Shown here piece by piece: positions 1 to 9,406 of a DNA stretch of 64,000 nucleotides (within the stretch, counting starts at the first letter, position 1; each line of letters opens with the position of its first letter). Source of the DNA: Actinomycetota bacterium (GTDB lineage: Bacteria; Actinomycetota; Acidimicrobiia; Acidimicrobiales; JAJPHE01). The position numbers and the translations under genes are program-made. Location of the stretch: NCBI GenBank assembly GCA_021325435.1, contig JAJPHE010000124.1, positions 3,921 through 67,920 of the forward strand. Direction: 5' to 3'. The notes below the pieces were generated by a model. The model had not been told where the DNA came from, ran no database searches, and worked only from the letters and a program-made list of their open reading frames with translations.

Positions 1-17
1 CCACCGGACCCGCTCAG

Positions 18-608
18 GTGGCAGCCAAGATCGCCACCGACCGGCCGGATGTCCTGGTCAACAGCATCCTGCACACCGCCCAGGGCATGACCGTCGTGGT
101 CCTGTCCGCGGCTCTGGCCGCGCTCCTGGCGAGTGCGCGGCGTCACCTCGCCGCCTATTGCATCCTCGGCTTCGGTCTGGCCACCGCCGCCGCTTCGCTT
201 CTGAGCGCCGGTTTGAGCGCCACCGTGGCCAGCTCGATACACCGGGTCACCGACGCCCAGGCGTCGTACCTCCTCTACCGGGCAGCCCAGAGCGCAGGCA
301 TGGTCGACACCGTCTTCTTTGCCGGGGTCGTGCTGGTCGTCGCGCTCGAGCTGACCCGCATCGAGCTGCTTCCCCGCTCCATGGCCACCACCGGCGCCGT
401 CGTCGCCCTCTTGTTCTTCGCCGGCGGCCTCGACTACCTGAGCCCCGATTCGGGCCCGCTGAGCGGCGTGCGAGCTCTGGGCGGCGTGTTGACGATCCTC
501 TACCTCATCATCATGAGCGTCCGCCTGCTCCAGAGGTCCGAGGAGGCCATGTCGATCACCGGCTCCCCAGCCAGCGCCGGCTCCCCCCCTCAAACTACAG
601 TGATGTGA
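18..608 (+). CDS. Integral membrane protein, unknown function (start may lie upstream of window)
   Basis: ORF-track frame 18..608. First codon is GTG and the frame stays open to the window edge, so the 5' end is uncertain. The translation is a run of hydrophobic helices (VVVLSAALAALLA, CILGFGLATAAASLL, VFFAGVVLVVALEL, VVALLFFAGGL, VLTILYLIIMSV). No family recognised. Confidence 0.45.
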   Translation: MAAKIATDRPDVLVNSILHTAQGMTVVVLSAALAALLASARRHLAAYCILGFGLATAAASLLSAGLSATVASSIHRVTDAQASYLLYRAAQSAGMVDTVFFAGVVLVVALELTRIELLPRSMATTGAVVALLFFAGGLDYLSPDSGPLSGVRALGGVLTILYLIIMSVRLLQRSEEAMSITGSPASAGSPPQTTVM

Positions 609-646
609 TTCCAGGCGGCGGTGAGCCGGCAAGCACGAGGAGGGCC

Positions 647-1198
647 ATGGGCGACGGGCTGAACAAGGCGCTGGTTCTCACCATCTTGCGCCACGCCGAA
701 GACTTTCCGTGGAGGATGCACGACATCGGCCTCATGGCTCTGCGGCTGGACGAGCAGAGGCAGTACCGGCTTCACGTCTGGGATCCGACTCTTAGCGTCG
801 GGGAGCCCCCGATCCACGACCATCCCTACGACTTCACCTCGGAGATCGTCGCCGGTGAGCTCACCAACACCCTCTACCACGAGGACCGGGCCGGAGAGGA
901 TTACGTCCGTTTCCGCTACCCGCCGGGCGCCGAGGACCTCCGGCGATCCGACACGGTGCGGCTATCGGCCACGGCGGCGACCTTCACGGAGGGAGACCAC
1001 TACCGACAGCGGGCCCAGCAGCTCCATGCGAGCTGGCAACTCCCCGGCACCGTCACGGCGATCCGGTGCTCCTGGGTGGAGGTCCCCGCCCTCACCGTCT
1101 GCCTACGAGAGGAGGGCTCGTGGCGGTCGGCCCAGACCCGAGACGCCAGGCGCCAGGAGGTCAAGGCCATGGCGGCCCGGGCCTTGGAGTGGTTCTGA
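647..1198 (+). CDS. Hypothetical soluble protein (183 aa)
   Basis: Trimmed from ORF 158..1198 to the in-frame ATG at 647, just downstream of GAGGAGGG. The upstream part of that ORF is Arg/Pro-rich shadow sequence overlapping the 18..608 gene. His-rich patch PPIHDHPYDF. Family not recognised. Confidence 0.5.
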   Translation: MGDGLNKALVLTILRHAEDFPWRMHDIGLMALRLDEQRQYRLHVWDPTLSVGEPPIHDHPYDFTSEIVAGELTNTLYHEDRAGEDYVRFRYPPGAEDLRRSDTVRLSATAATFTEGDHYRQRAQQLHASWQLPGTVTAIRCSWVEVPALTVCLREEGSWRSAQTRDARRQEVKAMAARALEWF

Positions 1199-1211
1199 GC
1201 GGACGCCTGGC

Positions 1212-1580
1212 TCAGCGCTTGGCGTCGAGTTGGGCGACGAGCCTCCGGGGGGCGACCGTCCGGTAGGCCTCCTCGCACAGTGCCGCCACCTCGTCCCAGT
1301 CGACCGGCCCGTCCAGACGAACTCCCAGCCAGCCCCGATGGCCCACGTACGGGGGGCGGAAGAAGCGCTCAGGTGCCGAGGCCACCAGGTCGTGCTGGGC
1401 TCCCTCCGGGGCGGCGCACCACAGGTGGGGGAAGTCGTGGTCGTGATGGCCGCCGTCCCACAACATCACGAACTGCTTCCCGATGAAGAAGGCCGGAGAC
1501 CCGTGGCTGAGGCGCTCGGTCACCTCGGGAAGAGCCGTGCAGATCCGGCGCACCTGCGTCACGATGTCACGCCGGGCCAT
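1212..1580 (-). CDS. MmcQ/YjbR-family-like small protein
   Basis: Trimmed from ORF 1212..1925 to ATG at 1580 (122 aa, MARRDIVTQVRRICTALPEVTERLSHGSPAFFIGKQF...GWLGVRLDG...). Size and pattern resemble the YjbR/MmcQ family. Recognised from memory only. Confidence 0.55.
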   Translation of the reverse strand: MARRDIVTQVRRICTALPEVTERLSHGSPAFFIGKQFVMLWDGGHHDHDFPHLWCAAPEGAQHDLVASAPERFFRPPYVGHRGWLGVRLDGPVDWDEVAALCEEAYRTVAPRRLVAQLDAKR

Positions 1581-1689
1581 GCGCCCGAGGGTAACGCCGG
1601 CCCTACGGGGCGATGCGAGCCTCCTGCAAAGTGGCCACTGGATGACCGCTTTGCCGGCGCATCCTGAGCCCACCCCCAAGGAGGTAGCC

Positions 1690-2226
1690 ATGACCAACAT
1701 CGACGCCGACCGACCATCGCATGACCCCGGCCAGGAAAGGGCGGACCTGGTGGAGACGCTCAGGGCCCACCGGGCCTTCCTGCGCCACACCGTGGGCGGG
1801 CTGGACGACGAACAGGCGACCCGGCGGACCACCATCAGCGAGCTGTGCCTGGGAGGCTTGATCAAGCACGTCTCCCACGTCGAGGCCAACTGGGTGCGTT
1901 TCATCCTCGAGGGGCCGAACGTCATGGCCGGATTCGACGAGGCGGCGATGGCGGCTCACGCCGCCAGCTTCCGCGTGCTTGAGGGCGAGACCCTGGCCGG
2001 CCTCCTGGCCGATTACGAAGCAGTCGCCGCCCGCACCGATGAACTGGTGATGACCCTCCCCTCTCTGGACGCCTCCCAGCCGCTTCCCGAGGCGCCGTGG
2101 TTCCCACCCAACGCCCGCCGCACGGCCCGGCGGGTCTTCATGCACATCGTGGCCGAGACAGCCCAGCACGCCGGCCACGCCGACATCCTCCGCGAGGCTC
2201 TCGACGGCCAGAAGACCATGGGCTGA
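1690..2226 (+). CDS. DinB-family (DUF664-like) metal-binding four-helix protein
   Basis: Trimmed from ORF 1483..2226 to ATG 1690, preceded by AAGGAGG. Motifs LIKHVSHVEANW and C-terminal HIVAETAQHAGHADILRE fit the DinB/DUF664 His pattern common in Actinobacteria. Confidence 0.65.
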   Translation: MTNIDADRPSHDPGQERADLVETLRAHRAFLRHTVGGLDDEQATRRTTISELCLGGLIKHVSHVEANWVRFILEGPNVMAGFDEAAMAAHAASFRVLEGETLAGLLADYEAVAARTDELVMTLPSLDASQPLPEAPWFPPNARRTARRVFMHIVAETAQHAGHADILREALDGQKTMG

Positions 2227-2272
2227 CCCTCGAGTTGCGACTGGGTGATAACCGACCTGGTCGAGTCCTGCC

Positions 2273-3088
2273 TCAGCCGGCCGGCATGGCCGGCGACAGG
2301 CAGAACTCGTTCCCTTCGGGATCGGCCAGTACATGCTCGGCGTCCCAGCGCAGAACGGTGGCACCGAGCCCGACCAACCGGTCGCGGTCCGACCCGGCAT
2401 CGGTGGAATTGAGGTCGAGATGGAGCCGATTCTTCCTTGCCTTCGGTCGATCGGTAGGCACGAAGGAAAGGCCGGGGCTCAGATCGAAGAGCCGAGAGCT
2501 GTCGGGCGCGGCACCCATGCCGGTGACGTGGAGGTATCGGCACCCGCGGTACTGAAAAGCGCCATCGCCGAACGTGAGGCCGTCATCGACCGGGTCACAC
2601 CGGCTGCCGCTCACCCGGTAACCGGTGGCCTGGGACCAGAACTCGAGCATGCGTGCGGTGTCGAGACAATGAAATTCGACGCTGGTCAGTTGCCGCTCCG
2701 CTACGTCGTCTCGCTCGACGACGGTGAACTCGTTGCCCTCGACGTCCTGCAGCACGTCCCCGTTGACCGAGGCCCCTAACGCCTGGAAGTCGCGCAGGGC
2801 TTCTTGCCGGGTCCCCGGTGCGACGCCGACCTCGAGCCAGAGTCGGTTGGGCCCCTCCTTGGGCTCCGGGACCTGCTGCACATAGACCGGTGGGCGACGC
2901 AGCTGGCGATCGTCGACCCTCCCCCGACCTGCGAACTGTGGATTGGCGGCCCGGAAGGCCGCCACTTCGGCGTCTGAGGCATGAGCCAAGCGGTTGCGGT
3001 ACTCGAGGGCCTGACCCCAGAACCGGGGGACGGCGTCGGGGTCGGCGCAGTCGAAGACCAGCTGGACCAGCCATATCGACCCCACCAC
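2273..3088 (-). CDS. VOC/glyoxalase-like protein with two tandem domains
   Basis: ORF 2273..3088 (GTG start). Two repeats of a glyoxalase-like module (VQLVFDCADPDAVPRFWGQALEY...DVEGNEF and VEFHCLDTARMLEFWSQATGY...DPEGNEF). Confidence 0.6.
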   Translation of the reverse strand: MVGSIWLVQLVFDCADPDAVPRFWGQALEYRNRLAHASDAEVAAFRAANPQFAGRGRVDDRQLRRPPVYVQQVPEPKEGPNRLWLEVGVAPGTRQEALRDFQALGASVNGDVLQDVEGNEFTVVERDDVAERQLTSVEFHCLDTARMLEFWSQATGYRVSGSRCDPVDDGLTFGDGAFQYRGCRYLHVTGMGAAPDSSRLFDLSPGLSFVPTDRPKARKNRLHLDLNSTDAGSDRDRLVGLGATVLRWDAEHVLADPEGNEFCLSPAMPAG

Positions 3089-3125
3089 TTGATGCTACCG
3101 ACCGAGTGCTCCAGGGGGCGCCCCG

Positions 3126-4643
3126 TCAGTCGACGTAGGCCGGCGGCCCCTGGTACTGGAGGCAGGAGCACGACGAGAGGTACTCCTCGGTGCGGAACAT
3201 GTCGCCGCCGTCACGTCGCCCCTGGAACAGCTTGGCGCCGTACACCAGAGCGGGAGCGAAGCCGGTCCCCAGGGTCTGGGCCTGAGCGACGAACGAGTTG
3301 TTGTTGATCGTGGTGGTTATCCCGTTGACCACCCGCTGCAGGAAGAAGACGGCGTCGCAGGCCTGAGACGCCAGCCCCTCGTCGTTGGCGTTGCTGGAGC
3401 TGACGGGATAGCCGGCGGCGGCCTCGATCTGGTAGCAGAGGTCACGAGCCGGGTTGGCGTGCCAGCCCTGGTCGTACTGCTTGTCGTAGTCGACGTCGTC
3501 GACGGCCAGGCCCTTGTTCATCTCGTCGGACGGGTTGATCGACGCACCGGGGTTGTTGCCCGAGTTCATGCCGTAGCGCGGGTAGTACCCCTGTGACTTG
3601 GCCTGGTTCATCCACTCCAGAGTCAGCCCGTCGCCGGCCCAGACGCCGGCATGCCCGTCCTGAACGATGACATGGTCGATGCCCAGGGCCTTGAACTTCT
3701 GGACTGCGCTGCTCACCGCCGCCGTCATGTCGGCCACCGCCCCCAGCTGCTGGGGGACGCTGATGTAGGCGATCTGGGCCGGGGTGATGTGGTGAGACGA
3801 AAGGGCGGGCAGATAACCGTTGCTGATGGTGGCCCGGTAAGCGGGGTCGTCCCAGGTGACCAGGCCGAGCTTGCCCGAGAAGTAGCCGGCCCGGTAGAGC
3901 CCGCTCACCGTCACACTCCCCTGTCGGTCGAGGGCCGTCGCCTCGGGATCGACCAGGTGAGGATTCTGCTGGAAGGTGGCCTCCGTGGCGGCTGGGGCAC
4001 TGATCGGGACGGCGCCGGCCTTCTCGGCGCAGGCGATCTGGAGGGGGTCCTCTGAGGCGATGGCGAACACCTTGTTGTCCTGGGTCCAGTAGGCACAGGC
4101 CGACTGGTCCTGGGTGTTGGTGTCGGTGGTGACGTTGAAGTCGAAGTAGAGGGGCTGCAGTTTGCGACCGGCGAAGCCGCCGTGGGTGTTGGCGTAGTTG
4201 ACGGCGGCGTTGAAGACGTTGCGGAAGTCGTAGCTGGGGGCGGCGCCGGCGGCGCCGATGGCCCGGTCGGCCTGGGCCGACTGCGAGCTGTACTCGACGC
4301 CGACGTACATGGTTTGGTTGGTGACACCCGGCGCATTGGCTCCCACGAACTTGGAGGTGACCCCCGGGCCGCCGGTGCCCGAGCCCGATGAGCCAACCGC
4401 ATAGCTGCCGCCGCCCGACGAACCGGAGCCCGAGCCCGAGCCGGCGAGGGCACCCCCCGACCCGCTGTTGGCGCCGGAGGGGGACGATCCGTTGGTGGGC
4501 GAGTTCTGGGACGGGCCCGAAGGCATCGAGAGGCCGTTGGACGACGACCCCCCGGAGTGGCCGCTGCCGCTCTTGACTGTGGTTCCGCAGGCAGCCGCCA
4601 GCACCACCACGGCCCCCAGGGCGGCGATGCGCCTCGTTCTCAT
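3126..4643 (-). CDS. Secreted lipoprotein, tentatively a type-I periplasmic-binding-fold (LivJ-like) solute receptor
   Basis: ORF 3126..4643; ATG preceded by GAAGGAGG. Signal peptide with lipobox-like VVLAAAC, then a ~75-aa Gly/Ser-rich linker, then a ~400-aa globular domain. The fold assignment is tentative and needs an HMM search. Confidence 0.5.
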   Translation of the reverse strand: MRTRRIAALGAVVVLAAACGTTVKSGSGHSGGSSSNGLSMPSGPSQNSPTNGSSPSGANSGSGGALAGSGSGSGSSGGGSYAVGSSGSGTGGPGVTSKFVGANAPGVTNQTMYVGVEYSSQSAQADRAIGAAGAAPSYDFRNVFNAAVNYANTHGGFAGRKLQPLYFDFNVTTDTNTQDQSACAYWTQDNKVFAIASEDPLQIACAEKAGAVPISAPAATEATFQQNPHLVDPEATALDRQGSVTVSGLYRAGYFSGKLGLVTWDDPAYRATISNGYLPALSSHHITPAQIAYISVPQQLGAVADMTAAVSSAVQKFKALGIDHVIVQDGHAGVWAGDGLTLEWMNQAKSQGYYPRYGMNSGNNPGASINPSDEMNKGLAVDDVDYDKQYDQGWHANPARDLCYQIEAAAGYPVSSSNANDEGLASQACDAVFFLQRVVNGITTTINNNSFVAQAQTLGTGFAPALVYGAKLFQGRRDGGDMFRTEEYLSSCSCLQYQGPPAYVD

Positions 4644-4809
4644 CAGTGGTGCCTCCTTCTCCCAGCCCGGGGCAGCCCAACTCGGGGCAGCCGCCCCACC
4701 CGGGCAGCGCGCGCCACCAGGACAGTAGGCCAGGTTTGTCCGTAATCCGTCGTCGGATCGGACTAAAGGGCTGTCCCGCCACTGTGGAGACCGAACAGCT
4801 GGGAGCTGG

Positions 4810-5973
4810 TTAGCCGTCGAATCGGGCTCGGGAGGGGCCCCGCTCCTTGCTGGCTCGGGCCGCTACCGCCTCGGCTTCGCTGAGGGCCCGGAGGACGTTG
4901 CCCCCGGCGACCTTGGCGCATTCGGCTTCGCTCCAGCCGCGCTGGCCCAGCTCGGCGAACAGCTCGGGATAGCCGCTGACATCGTCGAGGCCGACGGGCA
5001 TGGCGTCGCAGCCGTCGAAGTCGCCTCCTATGCCGACGAAGTCGATGCCGGCGACCTCGCGGACGTGCTCGATGTGGTCGGCCACCTGGGCCACGGTTGC
5101 GGCCGGGCGAGGTGAGCGGCGCTCGAACTCGGCACCGAAGCTCATCCGACTGGACCAGTCACCGGGATCCAGGCCGGCGGTGGTCATGGCCGCTGACAGC
5201 TGGTCGGACCAGGCCGCGCACGCCGACGACACGAAGTAGGGGACGAAGGTCACCATGCACACCCCCCCATTGGCGGGGAGACGGGCGAGGATGACGTCGG
5301 GCACATTGCGAGGATGGTCGACCAGCTGCCGACAGGAGGAGTGGCTGAAGATGACGGGCGCCTCGCTGGTGTCTAGGGCGTCGGACATCGTCCCTTGGCT
5401 GACGTGCGAGAGGTCGACCAGCATCCCGAGGCGGTTCATCTCCCTCACCACCTCGTGCCCGAAGGGGCCGAGTCCACCCAGGCGGGCCTCGTCTGTGGCG
5501 GAGTCGGCCCAGGGCACGTTGTCGTTGTGGGTGAGGGTGAGATAGCGCGTCCCCAGGGCGTAGAGGGCTCGCAGGGCGGCCATCGAGCAGGCGATCGAGT
5601 GCCCACCCTCGGCGCCGATCAGCGATGCCACCCGTCCGCTGGCGAACACCGACCGGACCTCGTCGGCGGTGAGGGCCAGGCCGAGCTGGTCGGGGTGACG
5701 GGCGACGAGCTGGTGGACGAAGTCGATCTGCTCGAGGGTCGCAGCCACAGCGGCGTCCCCGGCCAGGCTGGAGGGCACATAGACCGACCAGAACTGGGCG
5801 CCTACTCCCCCCTGGCGTAGGCGGACCAGATCGGTGTGGGTGCCGGTCAGCCGGGTGGCCGGATCGAGCTGGTCCATGTCGTAGCCGGCCAGCTGACGGT
5901 GAGCCCACGGGAAGTCGTTGTGGCCGTCGATCAGCGGGTGACGGGCGAGCAGGGCGCGGGCAGATTCGTTCAC
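4810..5973 (-). CDS. Membrane (renal-type) dipeptidase, peptidase family M19
   Basis: ORF 4810..5973; GTG start overlaps the upstream stop as GTGA. M19 motifs IDGHNDFPW, VDLSHVS, IFSHSS, GIGGDFDG. Confidence 0.85.
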   Translation of the reverse strand: MNESARALLARHPLIDGHNDFPWAHRQLAGYDMDQLDPATRLTGTHTDLVRLRQGGVGAQFWSVYVPSSLAGDAAVAATLEQIDFVHQLVARHPDQLGLALTADEVRSVFASGRVASLIGAEGGHSIACSMAALRALYALGTRYLTLTHNDNVPWADSATDEARLGGLGPFGHEVVREMNRLGMLVDLSHVSQGTMSDALDTSEAPVIFSHSSCRQLVDHPRNVPDVILARLPANGGVCMVTFVPYFVSSACAAWSDQLSAAMTTAGLDPGDWSSRMSFGAEFERRSPRPAATVAQVADHIEHVREVAGIDFVGIGGDFDGCDAMPVGLDDVSGYPELFAELGQRGWSEAECAKVAGGNVLRALSEAEAVAARASKERGPSRARFDG

Positions 5974-7364
5974 GACGGCACAGCCGCCACCCTGGTGGCG
6001 AGGCGCCCTCCGATGTGAACGCCGCTCACCGTGCCGTCGGCCTCGCGCACGAAGTAGCCCTTCATCCCCTTGGCCGGCCCTTCGGCCACGACGTACTCCT
6101 CGCCGTCGGCCGACAGGAGCCCGAGGACGAAGGGGGGCTGCTCCTCGGGCACGTCCTCGCCCGACTCCTGGAGCATCTTGCGGGTCTCCGGCTTGATCTC
6201 CACCCTCGCCAGCAACCGTCCGGCCTCGGCGGTTATGTCACAGACAGCGGCGATCGTCTCGTACCGGCCGACGAAGCGGGCGAGGGCGTCGTCTCCGACG
6301 AGTACGGGCTCCGGCTCTCGCTCCACCACCCCCACGTAGTGTTCGAGCGCCCACTTGGACAACTGGTCGTTGAGCTCCGAGCCGTTCGGCCCGCAGTTGG
6401 TCATGGAACTGAAGGCGAAGCCGCGCTCGGGCACCATCAGGAAGTCGGAGTACTGGCCGTTGGTGGTGCCACCGTGACCGACGATCCGGACTCCGTCGAC
6501 GTCACGCAGCAACCAGCTGATGCCCACGTAGTCACCGAGGGCGCTGCCCTTCATCTCTACGGTCGGGTCCTTCATCCGATCCAACAGCTCCTTGGAGAGC
6601 AGCCGCTGACCGGCGGGGGTAGTCCCGTCGCCGAGATGGAAGCGGGCCCACTTGATCAGATCGCGCGAGTCCGACGAGATGCCCCCTGCCGGGGCGTTGC
6701 CCCGGGGAAGGGCCCAGGGCCGGGCGACCGTCACCCGGCCGTCGTCGTGGCGGGTGTGGCCCACCGCGAAGCGGCGGGTCATGATCTCGGTGGGGAAGAA
6801 GAAGGAGTGCTCCATGCCGAGCGGGGTGAGCAGGAGGTCGCGGATCGCCTGCTCATAGGTGGTGCCGCAGATCCGCGAGATGATCAGCCCGGCGACGGAC
6901 AAGGACGCGTTGTTGTAGGAGACGGTCGTGCCGAGCGGGCTGACCTGCTCGATCCCCGACATGAGAGCGACGTAGCGCTCGAGGGAGTCATCGCCGTCCC
7001 CGGTGTTGTCCATCAGGTCGCCCTGCCAGCCGGCGGTGTGGTTGAACAAGTGCAGGACGGTGACCTTCTCGGCGACCCCCGAGTCCTTGAGCTTGAAGTC
7101 GGGCAGGTAGGTCCGGACCGGGGCGTAGAGGGAGACCTTCCCCTGGTCCACCAGGCGAAGCATGGCCGTGGCCGTGAACGTCTTCCCGGTCGAGCCGAAC
7201 TGGAAGATGGTGTTCTCGTCGACCGGCAGCGGGTTCTCGACGCTGGTCACCCCGTGGTAGGCGTAGCGCTCCTCTCCGTCGGCGAGCACGCCCACCGAGA
7301 CCCCCGGAACCTCCAGCTCGGTGGCCAGCTCGGCGAGCTTGCCTTCGAGGTCGCGGTCTTGCAT
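5970..7364 (-). CDS. Serine hydrolase of the beta-lactamase fold (D-aminopeptidase/esterase-like)
   Basis: Trimmed from ORF 5970..7733 to ATG 7364 (MQDRDLEGKLAEL...), preceded by GGGAGGACAAAC. SxxK nucleophile motif FGSTGKTF. 464 aa with an extra C-terminal domain. Confidence 0.8.
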   Translation of the reverse strand: MQDRDLEGKLAELATELEVPGVSVGVLADGEERYAYHGVTSVENPLPVDENTIFQFGSTGKTFTATAMLRLVDQGKVSLYAPVRTYLPDFKLKDSGVAEKVTVLHLFNHTAGWQGDLMDNTGDGDDSLERYVALMSGIEQVSPLGTTVSYNNASLSVAGLIISRICGTTYEQAIRDLLLTPLGMEHSFFFPTEIMTRRFAVGHTRHDDGRVTVARPWALPRGNAPAGGISSDSRDLIKWARFHLGDGTTPAGQRLLSKELLDRMKDPTVEMKGSALGDYVGISWLLRDVDGVRIVGHGGTTNGQYSDFLMVPERGFAFSSMTNCGPNGSELNDQLSKWALEHYVGVVEREPEPVLVGDDALARFVGRYETIAAVCDITAEAGRLLARVEIKPETRKMLQESGEDVPEEQPPFVLGLLSADGEEYVVAEGPAKGMKGYFVREADGTVSGVHIGGRLATRVAAVPS

Positions 7365-7545
7365 GTTTGTCCTCCCGAGAGTCACCCGGCCCGGCGTTGG
7401 GGCTGCCGAGGTCGTCCCCACCAGTTGGTCGTCGGCCACACCCTGCATCCCCTGCCCACCCAAGCAGTCTCGTCCCTGTGGGCCCCGCCGGCGTGGTGCT
7501 AGCCGCCCAACCCGGGGGCCGGGGTTGGTCGTGCCGGACAGGGCG

Positions 7546-7866
7546 CTAGCCGGCGCGCCGCTCCGCCAGCAGCTGGGCCAGCCGAACGGCGTCGTCCAGC
7601 TGACGGTCGGCGGCGGCGCGGGCCGCCGCGTCCTCCCGGCGCCCGAGGTGCACCGCCAAGCCGGCCGAACCCAGACCGACCAGCGCCAGACCGACGGTGG
7701 CGGCGACCAGGGGAGCGACCTGCGGGGGAACAAACGAGAACCCGGCTGAGCGCCGCCAGGCCACAGCCATGAGGACGAACCCGAGACCGGCGAGGGCGAC
7801 CAGGATCCAGGCGAACCGCAATCCGGCGTCCCCCCACCAGCGGGTGATCGGACCAGCTGCCCTCAC
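7546..7866 (-). CDS. Small membrane protein (106 aa), unknown function
   Basis: ORF 7546..7866; GTG start overlaps the upstream stop (GTGA). Two hydrophobic helices followed by an Ala/Arg-rich C-terminal helix (AAARAAADRQLDDAVRLAQLLAERR). Confidence 0.4.
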   Translation of the reverse strand: MRAAGPITRWWGDAGLRFAWILVALAGLGFVLMAVAWRRSAGFSFVPPQVAPLVAATVGLALVGLGSAGLAVHLGRREDAAARAAADRQLDDAVRLAQLLAERRAG

Positions 7867-8189
7867 CGTTCGAGCACCCCGCGCAGGTCGTCGAGCACAT
7901 CAGCCAGCGCCTCCATCTGGCGGGCTCGCTTGGCGCCCTCCTGGCGCCTGACGCTCACGTTCACCACCACCAGGCCCACCATGATCAGACCGAGCCCGGG
8001 GAAGGCGGACGAGATCACGTAGGGCATCTGCCGGTAGACGTCGGCCTGACCGGCCACTTCCGCCCACGCCACGAACAACAAGGCGAACCCGGCCACCACG
8101 GCCGCCACCCCCAGCAAAGTGGGCACCAGCGAGGACGGGTCGGTGAGGAACGACCACGTCGACCCGCCGACCCCACCCGTCGCGGCCAT
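7863..8189 (-). CDS. Small membrane protein (108 aa), unknown function
   Basis: Trimmed from shadow-extended ORF 7863..9305 to ATG 8189 (MAATGGVGGSTWSF...). Two hydrophobic helices plus a charged C-terminal helix (RQEGAKRARQMEALADVLDDLRGVLER). Same architecture as the next gene. Confidence 0.4.
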   Translation of the reverse strand: MAATGGVGGSTWSFLTDPSSLVPTLLGVAAVVAGFALLFVAWAEVAGQADVYRQMPYVISSAFPGLGLIMVGLVVVNVSVRRQEGAKRARQMEALADVLDDLRGVLER

Positions 8190-8314
8190 GCGGGTGGCCG
8201 TCCGGACCGCTTCGGCCGGGGGGCTCTCGGCCCGGGCCCCGGCGGGCGGGGCGGATCCGGCCGGAGCCTCTTGACCGGTGGTTCGGGGCGGGGCCGGACG
8301 GCGGCGACCGGTGC

Positions 8315-9406
8315 TCACCGCCGCTGCCTCAGCTCGTCCACCAGGGCAGCAACCAGGGCGGCCCGTCGGGGCATCTCCGGCACCGACACCCACTCGCCCG
8401 GTGCGTGGGCCTGGTCGCCGACCGCCCCCAGCCCGTCGAGGGTGGGCACCCCCAGGGCGGCGGTGAAGTTGCCGTCGGAGCCGCCCCCCACCGCCACCGC
8501 GCTCAAGGGGCCGAACCCCAGCCGCTCGGCGTGGAACCGGGCCCGGTCGAACAGATCGGCCGACACCGCCTCCTCGAGGGGGGGACGCACGGACACCTCG
8601 ACCACCTCGACCCGGGCGTCGGCCAGGACGGCGGAGAGCCCGCCCAACCCTTCCTGGACCCGCCGCATCTCCGCCATGGTTGTCGCCCTCACGTCCACCG
8701 ACAGCGACGCTCGGTCCGGAACAGTGTTGATGGTGGTCCCCGCCGTCAGGACGGTGGGGGTGACCGTCGTCCCCCGGGCCGGGTCGGCCAGGTCGGCGGC
8801 GGCCAGGGCCTGGTGAGCGACCTCGATGGTGGCGTTGACGCCCCGCTCGGGCTCCAGCCCGGCGTGGGCCGCCCGGCCGAGCACGTCGATCCGGAAGCTG
8901 CCGACCCCCTTGCGGGCCGTCTTCAGGGCTCCGCCGGCCGACGGTTCCAGCACGAGGACGGCGTCGAGGCCCTCGGCGGTCTGCTCCACCAGCTGGCGGG
9001 AGGTGGTGGACCCCACCTCCTCGTCGCTGGTCACCAACACCGCCACCCCGTCGCGGTCGCCCAACAGGGTCAAGGCTTCGAACAGCTGGACCAGCCCGGC
9101 CTTCATGTCGAAGGCGCCGGGCCCGGTCGCCCGGTCGCCCTGGAGGGCGAAGGGCCATCCCTCGATCGTGCCGGTGGGCCACACCGTGTCGAGGTGGCCG
9201 AGGAGCAGGACGCGCGGCGCCCCGAACTGCCAAAGAAGATGAACCCGGCCGTCGACCACGATCGCTTGCGGTTCGACACCCAGCCGCCGGCTCGAGAGCT
9301 CGCACACCGAGTCGGCGCAGGCCGCGGTGGCGCCGGCATCTTCAGAGGGGGACTCGCGCTCGACCAGCCGACGCAAGTCGTCGCACAACTCGGCGACGGC
9401 GGTCAT
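8315..9406 (-). CDS. Peptidase M20 family amidohydrolase (N-acyl/N-succinyl-amino-acid deacylase or carboxypeptidase type)
   Basis: ORF 8315..9406. M20 motifs LLLGHLDTVWP, GAFDMKAG, SDEEVGS, GGGSDGN. Confidence 0.8.
   Translation of the reverse strand: MTAVAELCDDLRRLVERESPSEDAGATAACADSVCELSSRRLGVEPQAIVVDGRVHLLWQFGAPRVLLLGHLDTVWPTGTIEGWPFALQGDRATGPGAFDMKAGLVQLFEALTLLGDRDGVAVLVTSDEEVGSTTSRQLVEQTAEGLDAVLVLEPSAGGALKTARKGVGSFRIDVLGRAAHAGLEPERGVNATIEVAHQALAAADLADPARGTTVTPTVLTAGTTINTVPDRASLSVDVRATTMAEMRRVQEGLGGLSAVLADARVEVVEVSVRPPLEEAVSADLFDRARFHAERLGFGPLSAVAVGGGSDGNFTAALGVPTLDGLGAVGDQAHAPGEWVSVPEMPRRAALVAALVDELRQRR

Noticed and set aside
7365-7733. N-terminal extensions offered by the ORF track (for example 5970..7733, 7863..9305, 16767..18722, 41598..42851, 43908..45209, 57158..57931).
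   Set aside because: The extensions are low-complexity and often overlap the upstream gene. Internal starts with SD sequences or 4-nt overlaps give proteins of the normal family length.
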